From Thalia democratica (Eukaryota), in NCBI GenBank assembly GCA_965202585.1, contig OZ241829.1:68696001-68760000 (forward strand): a stretch of DNA of 64,000 nucleotides, written 5' to 3'. Below are positions 1-12,153 of this stretch, piece after piece; the first letter of the stretch is position 1, and each line of letters starts with the position of its first letter. The position numbers and the translations under genes are program-made. Under the pieces are notes generated by a model. The model was not told the origin of the DNA, made no database searches, and saw only the letters and a program-made list of their open reading frames with translations.

Positions 1-463
1 TTTGTGCACCGTGAAATCCAGTTCTGCCGGGAGATATCGGAAACATTGAGTTAGGAGATATCTGCCTACTTCTATTTGGCAAATTAGGTGGCGGTATATG
101 TTTCAGATAACTAGGTATCACTGGTGCATCCGGATACTGATTCCTCGTTAGTTTTTGATGAAAGTTAGGCATCATCCTGCTGGGAGTGTTGGTCATCGCT
201 GCTCCGTGGAAACCTGATACGTTTGCCGAGTTTTTCATCGGATAACTAGGCATTCTGACCTGGTGATTATCCGTCATCAAAACGTGAGAGCTTGTATTGT
301 TGTGGCTTTGATTCACGTTCTGCAGGCTGAGATTATTAAATTCATCCGCCAAATTGCCAGGTGTACGTGACGAACTGGGGTAGCGAGGGTGATACGGCAC
401 CCTAACATACTGTGGCGATCGGACAGGAGGAGGTGAGGGCAAGCTGTTGTTGGGAATTGTCAT
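1..463 (-). CDS. CAF1: 5' part (low-complexity N-terminal extension) of a second CAF1/CNOT7-8 deadenylase paralog; runs off the window start
   Basis: ATG at 463-461 opens a stop-free frame to base 1: MTIPNNSLPSPPP...YPMKNSANVSGFHGAAMTNTPSRMMPNFHQKLTRNQYPDAPVIPSYLKHIPPPNLPNRSRQISPNSMFPISPGRTGFHGAQ. The last 81 codons match the N-terminus of the CAF1 at 52375 at about 70/81 residues. The nuclease domain lies outside the window, so the identity is inferred from paralogy. Confidence 0.8.
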   Translation of the reverse strand, partial: MTIPNNSLPSPPPVRSPQYVRVPYHPRYPSSSRTPGNLADEFNNLSLQNVNQSHNNTSSHVLMTDNHQVRMPSYPMKNSANVSGFHGAAMTNTPSRMMPNFHQKLTRNQYPDAPVIPSYLKHIPPPNLPNRSRQISPNSMFPISPGRTGFHGAQ

Positions 464-969
464 ATTTTATTAGTTTTGATTATCTGTAAAAATTTATAGC
501 TTTTACTCTGCTTAATGGTTGTAATAATCAAAGATGATGAGCTTTTTTTGATGAAACATGAAGAAAACTTTTTAATAACTTTTTGAAAAATATATTAAGT
601 ATTTAATTGAGTAAATAAGCATTGGTCTAGAAAATGGTTCTTTTTTTTGATTTTTTTTTATCAGATCAAAGATAATGAGTAAACAAACATATAATTTTAT
701 AAATATTAATGCAAACATGACGCAATCATATATTCGTTTAAGTTTTATTTTTCTAAATTAAAGACACTTGTTTTGTTTAAGTTACCCTTTTTTACATAAG
801 CTGCTCAATTACAAAAAAAACGTAATTGGTTTAGTTAAAAGTTAGTAAATATTTAGTTAAAAAAGGGTTAAAACATTCTTAATTCTGTAATGTAAACATT
901 TTAATATATAAATTATCTAAAAAAAAAAAGGTTTGTACCTTAAAAATATAAATTTATAAATTACATAAT

Positions 970-3615
970 TAAAAAACAAATAGGTGCTTGTTTAATTTGT
1001 TATTTTGTACAAACAAAGTAAAATCAGCTGTAAGCATTTTTCTACTATTATGATTTTCTTTGTTAAATTTAGAGACTTACTAACACAGTAATACTTAACT
1101 AAAAATTGCAAATGGTTGATTGAAAAATTACAAAACAAACTGACTAATTTATTTTTCTATAAACATCTAATGTAGAAAGTTTTACAATAATAATTTCTAT
1201 GAATTTTAAGGCTTTTAATTCAAGACTTTCATAGTTATTATAAGTTAAATAAAATTTAACAAGGTTGCCAAAAACAGCAAAAAGGAAAACAAAATTTAGC
1301 ATTTAAAAAAATTTGTAACAAAAAAACTTGAGTAATGTTGAATTTTAATAGTTTTTATACAAAAATAATTAAATTTATAGTTCAATTGATAATTTGTCTA
1401 TCATATACTATAATTCTTCAGTGTTAATTACACTTTAGAAACATTTTTAATAAACATTATAGTATAATTCTATATTTTTATACTATTAAAAATAAATTTT
1501 AATGAAAATTAAATTTAAATTAAAACTGACTAAATTAACTTTCACATTTAAATGTCTGAAAATTAACTTTTTTTAACTTTGACAGTTTTGAAAATAGATG
1601 TTTATAATGAAATTACAATTATATATAGCAGAACAGAGATTTATACCAAAAAGAATGTATGAACTTTAGAAACTGTAATATTCATATGTGTTTATATATC
1701 AAATATTGATTGAATAATTATGATTAAGCATCTTGAATTATTAGATGTTTTCAAGTATAATTTAATTAAGTAATTTTAAAAATTTACTTCTACCAATCTA
1801 TAGTAATATTTCTACTTTCAACGTTATAGACAAAGTGTTTTTATTTTTTATGTTCATTTATAAAAACATTTTTCAATCATAATCTTCGTCTCAATGAAGT
1901 TGTTTATTTTGTTATAATTTGTGAATCTTACCAGCTTAAAATTTTCTGAATTTTCGTAAAAGTAGTTTTTAATTCAGAGAAAAAAACTTAAAAATTTTAG
2001 TTACGCTTTATCTTAAAAAAATTATCTTAAAGTTTTTTTTTTTTTTTTTGATTGAGCAGTTATTACAAATAAAACATACTTTTAGACTTCTCTACTTTCT
2101 TTATTTTTCTAATAAATTTTTACCAAAAAAAAAACTTTGATTTTCTCAACCTCCTTAAATAGTGCAGCCAAAACTCAAGTATACGATATGTAAAACAGCT
2201 ATAAAAACTTTTTGCTTTTAAATAGTAAAATTTTATGCTAAAGTGTTTAGTGGCGATTTTCCCAACGTAAGTTTGGCAACTGTGCTGTCATAGTTTCAAG
2301 ATTTCTATTAGCAAGATGCCACACAAAACTCAACGTTTACAACTTTACTTAAGACAAAAATAAAAAGTTTGTCGCATTTAAGATTCTTTATTTTTAGTAT
2401 TCTTGCAACTCATATGTCAAGTACAAACACTTAATAGAAAAAATACTTCGGCAAATATCATCGTGTTTGCCAAACTGCATTAGTACATTGAAAAATGTTT
2501 GATTACAGAAATTTATTCGCAGACTTAGTCTTGTACGGTTATTATTGTATTGGTAAAAAGGTATTTATGCAAAATTAGTAATTGAGTGCTGTAAAAAATG
2601 TGTTCATGAATCAAATGATTAATAGTACAAGCGGCATTAACAGAAATAATTAGAAAAAGACTAATAAACCAAAAGAACAAATATTGAAAACTTTAAAATT
2701 GAAACTTGGTTATTCTATTTTGAATAAAATCTTAAAATAAGATATTAAAAAGTTTTAATTTTAGTATTAGTAGTTGTTTTGTTCTGTAAAATTTAAATGC
2801 TTTTTTTTTTAGATTTACAGTGTTAATATTTGTCTCTGGTACTAAACAAATATGAAACAAATATCCCAAAGTTTTCATTGCACCATTTTTACTATAAAAT
2901 TTACTTTATATTGTGGCCAAACATTTTACTATTATAACTTGTTTGCTACATTGTATCAGTTTATAAGCTTAAATTTGAGCTAAAATTTATTGTACTTTTA
3001 GTGTTAGTTTTTTATCATAAAACTAAAGGTACAGAAATTATTCAAATGTAATCTGACTAGTTTAAGTTTTATTCAGTCTTAAAAAACAGCTAAATTAAAT
3101 AAGTAAATATAGTTATTTTTTTACCCATATCTAGCCTAAACCTACAAAAATGCCTACCATCTAATAAAACATCGTTGTTTAAATTAATATTTTATTAACA
3201 AAAGAAGATATGCTAGATCTTTGATATAAATCAGAAAACTGTTTTATACCACTTTATAAAATATCAACAACTTTACTTAGTTTAGAATTTAGATACAATT
3301 AAAACATTTTATGTCGGAAAAAAAGTTTTGATTCACTACCATTACTTTAACACTTATTTCATTATATTTTTTAGATTTTAACACTAATTTTTATGGCTGA
3401 AAATTACCTGAGATTTTTTCAAATTATATGTTGGTTATTCTGTATTATAGAAATTATTTTGATCTTAAGGCCACTAAAACTCGAATTCTATCATTTCACA
3501 TTTTAAAAATAATATTTATTATAAAAATAAACTTCTAATACTAGAATTGAAAGAATTATACAATTAATTTTAGGAACTAAGGTTATGGATTTTTGGTATA
3601 CTTAAAATTTTTTCT
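970..3615 (-). mobile_element. Dispersed repeat copy 1; decayed DNA transposon remnant, possibly P-element/THAP9-like
   Basis: Colinear same-strand similarity to 60460-63160 and 46325-47350 (for example AAGTATACGATATGTAAAACAGCTATAA, GTAAGTTTGGCAACT, ACAAGCGGCATTAACAGAA). Stop-riddled minus-strand translations across the copies give KTLGFLFHIC, KNRARLSIP, FLKDLAEELQEY and KIATEYFSMKFY, loosely recalling P-element transposase C-terminal motifs. The repeat is certain; the family is tentative. Confidence 0.6.
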
Positions 3616-3734
3616 GCTTATATTTCAGATATACGCGTTAAACTCTTAACCTTGGAACGATGTTATTGCACCAAAATCTTATAATTTTAATCCTTAGTAT
3701 ATAATATTTATTGAAAGACAAAAATAAGACACTA

Positions 3735-3805
3735 AAAATATTCGGTCCTAGGACCTGGTGCACAAAAAATCATTTTGGTTATCGAGTTGCACACCACTTG
3801 TATAC
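3735..3805 (+). repeat. Short dispersed repeat, probably a transposon end; related copies at about 5401-5515 (inverted) and 30665-30775
   Basis: Shared GGTCC(T/A)AGGACCTGGTG...TTATCGAG(T/C)(T/C)G(C/T)ACA motif. The 5401-5515 copy is the reverse complement and shares AAAAAAGCGCTCAA with the 30.7-kb copy. Confidence 0.5.
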
Positions 3806-6800
3806 CTTTTAACGTATATTAAGTTGTATATGTTTTACATTTAAAGTAAAAATGTATCTTGATGGGGGTTTGTTGTACTTTAATACCTTCACTACTTGTA
3901 GAGCAGTTTCTAAGATACTGTTTTTAAAATTTTCTTAGAATTTCTGTTTGTTAACTGCCTTTGATTACTTAAAACTTTTGCTGCCGCTTTAAAGTATTTT
4001 AGTTATTTTTGTCCTCAGTTAACCAATTTAAGATTTCTGTGCGTCTTTATTATAAATCATAAACCTATACTTCAACATGTTGTTTATACAAATAAACTGA
4101 TTAACAACATTTTACATTATATTATATGTATTTTTAATTAAGTAAAGTTGGTGATTTTTTCTTTATTTTAATTTTTTATTATTTTTTTTACTTCAAATGT
4201 GCAATCAGTTCTACTATAGTTTTCTATTTAAAAAAAATATATTATCAACTAAATGAAAGAATAGTTACAACATTTAATATAATCTTAATAAACAAAAGCT
4301 TTTTTGGTCGAGAAAACTTTTACATCATTAAACTTACCTGGGTTTTTCAGAAACAATGGTGACGTGAAAAATTAGCAAACAAGTTAAACCACAAGTGAAC
4401 AAAGTTATCTAAAAAGTTTGATGTTTAAAACCTTCTATTAAGATTAAGTATATCTTATTTTTTGGTACAAGAAATGTTAAAACGTAGTTATTCTAGAAAT
4501 CTTAAGCTGAAAATGTTTTACGACATAATTTAATAAGTGTTAGAAATGCAAAAAATTTTGATAGTTCATGTAATTAATTTTTTTTATGTTCAGTTCACTA
4601 AGGTTTAACTAACTAGACATAAAAATTACATTTAATTATAGGTGTTTTTACTTTAGCATAAAATAAAGTATATAAATAGTAAGTTAAGATAACTGCTCTA
4701 AGCAAACTAAAATTAAATTTTTTTTGAACACATTAAAAAAAATATATTCTCTTATATGTTTGCAAATGTTATTGCTTTGTAACATTACAGTTTAAGACTT
4801 GGACAAGTATTCAAAATAAAAAGTATATTTTTAAATAGAAGGAAATTTGTTTTTGTTAACATCATTGTTGTTAAAAATATTACTGTGTTTTTCTTTTTTT
4901 TATTAAAAGCATAAATTTTACAGTACTTATCTTCGAATTTTAATTTATAAAGTTTAGTTCAGTTATTGTAAAAATTATTTTTTAATAGTTATTTAAAAAA
5001 TTTTACAATAGTTTATCTAACTATTCAAATGTAAAAAAAAATTTAATTTTCAAGTTAAACTATCGAATAAAATAAAAATTTACTTTTTAGCACAAAATAC
5101 TTATAAAATTCTTTTTGTGAAAATATTACAGCTGGTTACATTCTATTTTCTTTAAAGAGGTTTTAACCTATCATTCAAGTATTTACACGTTTGTTATTAA
5201 TGTTGTTTATCTTCTTATAATCTAAAGTGATATATTTTTTTAGTTATTATGTTATAAAACAAGATTCAAAGTACATTATCAAACACTAAATTCAGTTAAT
5301 TTTTGTTTAGTTTTTTTTCTTTCATTTTTATTTTTGTTTAACTGATTGTTTTGTTACTAAAAATATTTTAATGATCAAAAAAACTATAGAAAATAGCTCT
5401 TAAGACGCTTTATAAGCACGTAGTGTACAACTCGATAACGAAACACCAGTTTCTTAAAACAAATTTTTTGAGCGCTTTTTTTATCGTTCAATGAGCAACA
5501 TATATATAGCACACATTAGAGTTCTCATTAACATTTTTATTTATAAAAAAAATGTTTCTCTGGCTCCCTGATGTTAGTTTCACTAATGTTTTTTTTTGTA
5601 GGATTTAAAATTAGTTAAGAAACACAAGTCTAAAGGTAGAGTTTCAGTTTAGAAAATCTAACTAGTTTTACTTAGGCATTTGACCTTTTATTTTTTTTTT
5701 ACTGTTAGCTCAAAGTATCTAGGGTAATTTTCAATTTACGACTTAGTGAACATTTATTACCCGTTTACTAGTAATGTTCCCATCCTTTGCTGTTTATAAA
5801 CATGTAATTGTTGACTTACTTATTTTACTAGTTTATAATTTAGTGTACAGTGAATTTTTTGAATATCCTTTCGTTTGATATTCAAAACTTAGAAGATTAT
5901 GAAAACGTTAGACGGACATATATAAATAAAAAATAAAAAATTAAGTATAACCACAAATTTTAATTGCTAAAGGACTAAACATAGTTTAAAATTTGTTTAC
6001 TTTGCACATATAAATTATTTTTATTTGTTTATCATTGTTTATCAGTCATTATGATAAAAAAACTTATTATTAAAAATAAAAATAATAAACTTAAATTTCT
6101 AATAAAACACCAATGAGGCCATATTATCCAAACTGTCAGATAGGCTTTTTGTTAGTCCCAAAACTAACAAAACTTGCTGTTTTTGCAATTCTCTTACAAA
6201 ATTAAATCTTAAAAAAATTTGAAATGTAAAGCATATCTTGAAAGAAAGGTGTAGTAACCTTAGCCGTAGTTAATTATGACGTCGAAAAGAAAAATTTTTC
6301 AGTCTCCATAGTTAACTTTTTATTATTGTACTTTTATCTATAGTTTTTAGTCAAATTGTTTTTTTTTACTATTTTAAATTACTACTTTAATAAAACTTAT
6401 TTTTTGAATTAGAACTTATTTTTTTTTAATTTTTTTACACGATTAAGCTAACAAAAAAAAAACGTACAGTAGTTTATAATTTTTTGTTTTTCAGTTTAAG
6501 GTAAAAAAATGCATTTCAAAACAAAATTACCCTTTTTTCGCACCTCTACTCAAGTATTTATGTTTAATTTACTGAAACCTCCTAATTTCATAATGCTTAT
6601 AATTTTCTAGTCCATTAACTACTAATACTAGCTTCAAACATTTTAAAAGGTCTTCTTAGTTTACCTTTTTTTTTAAATAGAACAATTTTTGCACTAGGGT
6701 TATAAAAAAAAATGCAATACAATTATCAGCTTAAAACCTTATTTATTTTTTGTCGAAACTATAATTGAAATATTTGAATGTATTCAAATACCGAACAGTT

Positions 6801-9536
6801 TGATTTTTATATTGTTGGAAATAGTTTTGTACAAAATATGCATTTTTTAGCTTAAGTATGTATGTAAATGTTGTTTAAAACCTATAGCAAAGTTTTCCGA
6901 AAATATTTTTATAAATTCTACTTTACTAATTACCGCCTCAATGTAGTTGTTATTAGAAATATAATGTAAACTAACTAATTTAATATGTAAAGTTTCTTTA
7001 AGAAATGTTTGTAAGAAAAAATATTTAAATTAAATAAAAAAGTCGAATACTAAAATCGCAATCAACTAATATTACAAAACCAAAACGTTGATAACAAGAA
7101 CTCATTTTTCTGTGCAGCAATAAATGGTGTGGTCATTCTTTACACCTGCTGTTCTTATGATTTTTATCAAATTTCAACCCTTTTTTGAAGATAATTACCT
7201 AGTTTACCACCAAATTTCAAAAATGTACTTAAGTTTTTAGAAAAAAACTAAATTATTGAATTTTAATGTTATTAAACATAAAAATTGTAAAAGTTTAAGA
7301 GTTTATTTAAATTTAAAAAATACAGTTCAAAACAATTATACTAATTAAAAAATTAATAAACCTTAGTTAACACAAATTTTATCAAGAAAATTTACCCCTA
7401 AAGCAAAATAATTTACATCCAGAGGTAGTTTATCCAATGTTAAGAATCAGTACTTTAAAATAAAAATTCTTAATAACTAAATAAACATATTTTACATTTT
7501 AACACAAATGGTTTGGTACAGACTGTGCTACCTCTGAAAAAAAAGCATAAAAACTTAAGCGTAATAGTTGTAACTTTTTTAAATACTAAATTGAGAGAGT
7601 ATCTAAATATTATAGCATTAGAAGAAAACATGCTAAAATCAGAAAAAATAACATTATATAATCCGATAACTTTATTTGTTAAAATTTGAATTTTCAAGAA
7701 ACAATTCATCCAGGCAATCAAAAAAAAATTTGATTCATTTTATTACTATTTAAAAAATACTTACGTTTTTAAGAACAAATTCAAACTTTATTTTTAAGGA
7801 AAAAATAAACTTTAACTTACAGTAAAAAATAATCTTACAATAGGAAACTTTGTTTTAAATTAAGATTAGACTGTGACAGTTTTAAATTAGTTGTTTAATA
7901 ATTGTAGGAGAAAAACTTATTTGAAATTACATTTGCTTTATTCATTTTTTTTATTTGGTTCTTCCATTAAAACTTTTTATAATTTCTAACTTTGTAGTCA
8001 TATATCTCAAAAAATAACATGAGTTTTTTAAAGACTACAGAATGCAACTGTTTGCTTTTGAACTTTATTTTTTCTTTAATTTCTTTTTAAAAGTTAATAA
8101 AAAAAAACTTTTAACCGCCACTCTGAATTTTAAGACGATAGATAATAACTTAAATTATATTAAAAAAATTATTAATATAATAGTTTCAATAAAGAAACAT
8201 ATTCAAGTAAGTTAAATAAATACTTGAAGCACAGCTGATTTTTAAATTATACTTGATATTTAGTTTTAGGTTATAGAAAAGAAGACTACGGCATATTTTC
8301 AATGGTATTTTAAGTAGATACGTGAACTTTTTAGTTTTTATTAAATTATAAGAATGAGAGCTTAAAAATAAGAAAATTTAAAATATATAAGCTAAATCAA
8401 CTATAGATAACAATCAAGTATATTTTTATTAATATTACCGTAGTTTATAAAATAACAAAAAGACTAAAGCAAATAAGTAATTATTTACTTTAGTCACTAG
8501 TTTATACTTTTTTACCAGATAATCTTTTAATAATCTTTCAATTCATTTTATTGCTTTTATTTAGGTTTTTTTAACATTTATAAGAACCTTTTGGTCTTTA
8601 ATAAAGCTAAATATATACAGAAAAGTTATTTTTTCTTATAATATTTTTTTTGTGGTAGTAACAAGCTGTTCTAAAAATAATGATGGACAGTGTTGCTGCA
8701 GATTAATTTATTAAATATTTTTGTACAGGGTCCGCTGCTTATACAATATTTTTTTAAGTATAACTAGTTAAATTATTTTTGTTACAAGCCTGGCAAAAAA
8801 CTGTGAAAAAACTATAAAATCTTTAAAATATTTGTCATTTTTACTCGAGACTTTAAAGTATGCTTTATAGCTAAACATGTTTATCATTTTATTAAATAAT
8901 AAACAGGGTACAATTTCATAACAGGGTACTGTATTACTAATTCTAAAATTTCAAAAAGTAGAACTTTAAGGTTAATAGTTAAATAAAGTTTGATTAAGGA
9001 AGACTATTAATAATAAATCACTAGCATTTCAAATACAACTGTTTTATATCAGTATAGTTTTTAGCATCTTGTACTAAACAAGCTTATCATCGCAACAACG
9101 TTTATTAGCAAGACAATATTAAGCTGCCTCATAACTGTACCAGGTATAATACACAGTTACCGTGCATAGTTCCCAAAAATTTCTGCTTGAGTACTTCCTC
9201 TGTCAAAAGTAATAATGCTAAACTGTTTTCGAATGACCTAAATTAAAATCGGAGCTTTGCGATAGTTAGACCAAGTTTATTCATTAAGTGTAATTTTTCT
9301 TAACTGGTACTTTGTTGTGATTTATCCTTTGTTAGTCGATTCTGCTGTCTTAAGAAATAATTTTGGAGACAAAATTTTTATTTTTAACAGCTTAAACTCA
9401 GATAAAATAGAATTATTATTTTAAAGAACATGTCACGTAGAATAAAAATTAATCACCTAATTTCTTTTTGTTAAATTTATTTAGCCTATAAAAAGACAGA
9501 TCTCTTTTAATTTAATTTCAGTTTAGTGTAGTACTT

Positions 9537-9910
9537 TGTAACGAACCACTCATTACATTTTATTTTTCTTTTTTTTTTGAGAAGAGTTGAAGTTAAAGAA
9601 TTTCAATGTTTTAAGTGACGTTACGATTGGTATTGAGTATAGAATAGAAAATGAGTAAAAGAAGCGTGAAGTAAATTTGAGAGAAAGAGTTTAAAACTTA
9701 GCTTGCAGACGCGAGTCGTGTGGATTACTGCCGGGGAGAGAACACAACGACGTGGAAACAGCACAACGACGGAGAGGCGAGTGAGCCGGCAAGGCGAATG
9801 AAGCTTATTTAAGACTTGTGTTAATTAAACGAGGATAGAAAACTTTATCGTCGGATCAATCTTCAATGTTAAACATATTCAAGAGAATGTTTAACACTTA
9901 ATTAGCGTGC
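9537..9910 (-). mobile_element. Probable solo LTR (Ty3/gypsy- or BEL-type)
   Basis: GC-richer island. Read on the minus strand it has a TATA-like TAAATAAG followed by CATTC, a pyrimidine-rich tract, AATAAA (9564-9559) and ends in GTTACA at 9537 (LTR-type CA end). The other boundary and a TSD were not resolved. Confidence 0.45.
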
Positions 9911-11509
9911 TTACGAGACTCTTAAAGAAGTTGTTGGTAGAATTTTTATAGCACTTTTTTCTCACATCTACTTCACTTATTTCAAAATGTTTATTAATTT
10001 TGTATATTTACATAAATCACGTGCACTAATATAACCAGTTTAAAAAAATTATTTTTATAGTAAGTAATAGTATATTAAATTAAGCCGACGTTCAATCTGA
10101 GCATCTGTAATACTTTAAATAACCGTTATTAGTAATCTTACTTAAAAGCAGCATAACCTAATCAAAACCCTAACAACATTGTAATTGAGGACGGCTACAA
10201 CTTTCTTAAAACATCTTTAAATTAACTTAGTTTTTAAACCGAGTAAAATTCTCAGGAAGAAACGAGGTATATCATCTTAATAAAAAACAAATCAAAAGAT
10301 TATTTTTAAAGTTATTAACTTTTTATCTTTAAAACAACCTAGATTGAATTTCAAAAGAAAAATCATGATTTGTTTTTTATTTAGATGATTGATTTAATAT
10401 ATGAATAAAACCAATTCTCATCAAAAAAGAAAAACCATAACTAAATACGCATGTTTCTTGAAATGAAAAGATAATCTTTCCAACAATAAATTATCTCAAT
10501 TATCATTAATAATTATTGTTTTACTAGCATGTTTTTATGACTTTCTACAACTACGTCATGATAATTTAAATTTTTGTATCAATCGTCAAAACTGTTCTAC
10601 AATTCATTTAAGTTTGAAAAAAAAATCGAGTAGGTTCGAACGGTTTTAAGTTTTAAAAAGTTTCAGAAAATAATAAATATATTCTTATTATATTTCAAGT
10701 GGTATGAAAATATAACAAAATTCCTTGTGATAATAGTACCACTAAAGAATAGTTTTTTACAAAGCTTTTGTTCCGTTAGTTTTGAATAAAAATTTCCTTT
10801 TTGAAGTTGTGCACTTTTCTAAATTATAAAACTTTAATACATTTTTTTACAAAAAGTTAAAAAGTCTACGTCATTTTAATTTAATTCTAAGTAAAGTATT
10901 AACTAAAAATTACTTGATCACAACGATTTAAGATATCGATATAAATTACATGTTAAACATTTCAAAAGATAACCAAATTCAATTGCATTTTTACTATGTT
11001 TATTCTAGTTTTTCAAGGGTTGCAAAGGAAACCAGTCAATGCTATTACAACTGGCCCCTGCTTTGCATTCTAGTTTTTGACTTAAAAAGTAGTATAAATC
11101 TCGGTTGAAAATACTTAATATTGCTCTTAAAGTCTAAAGCAAAAAAAAAAGTTATTTGATTAGGTATTGTTAAAATCAAGTTATTTATATATTGGACACA
11201 TATTCTTTCTAAGAAAAAAACTATTTTTTTAGTAAAAAGAGTTTTTATAATTAAACGTGTAAAGATAAATCATATTATAATAATATTAATAATTTTTTAT
11301 ATTCATTTAATATTTTTCATTCAAGCTCTTGACTAAAAAAGTTAGGTTTAGTAATTGACTAAAACCTACTAAAATGTTCATGCTTCAAAACATAAAAAAA
11401 AACACTTAATTAATAAATATTGAATTTTCGATTACTAACTTAACTTTAAGAATTTAACTAAATATGCTATACAAGCATAAGTATAAAAATACTAACTCAG
11501 TTTTATCTT

Positions 11510-11830
11510 TTTTTTATTTAATACTGCGAGACATACAACAAAACGATTTAAAAACACACAGCACAAATAAACTATTTAGTGCTGGTACAAACAACATTCT
11601 CCTCGGACGTTAACATTTTCTTCTTTTTTTTCAACAGTACAATCGCAGAACTTTTTTTTGGAGTTTTTTTCTTAAACTATTTTTGATGAGTTCTTTTCTT
11701 ATAAATTTTTTCTGATGATATGAATTTTTTTTAGTAAAATTTAAGTTAATCATAAGTGATATGGTGAACTAGTAAAAAAACTAGTACCACAAATTAAAAA
11801 CATGCTACTAATAATTAACTACAAGTTTAG
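11510..11830 (-). mobile_element. Highly decayed piggyBac-like transposase C-terminal remnant
   Basis: Fragmentary minus-strand translations: WY*FFY*FTISLMIN, KKFIRKELIKN, and RGECCLYQH*IVICAVCF, which resembles the Cys-rich C-terminal domain. Multiple stops and frameshifts. Confidence 0.25.
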
Positions 11831-12153
11831 AGGAAATGTTTATTTCTAAGTTTTTAAGAGTACATAACAGTAGATATTATAAACTCTATAAGAGTAGCAG
11901 AAACTTACTTTTTAGAATTATAGTATTTAAAAGTTAAAGGTTAATAAATAACAATATATTAAACTAAATACATACTAATTTAATAACCACAAACAAACTG
12001 TTGTCAGACAGACATCATTACATAAATTAACAGGTAACTAACCTAAAAAAAAACTAAACCATTAAATCAAATATCTATTTAAAAATTAATGCTTAGGTTG
12101 TATAGTGTGTTACATAAGAAAAGACTTACTTTTTTAATTTTTTTTTGTTGGTT

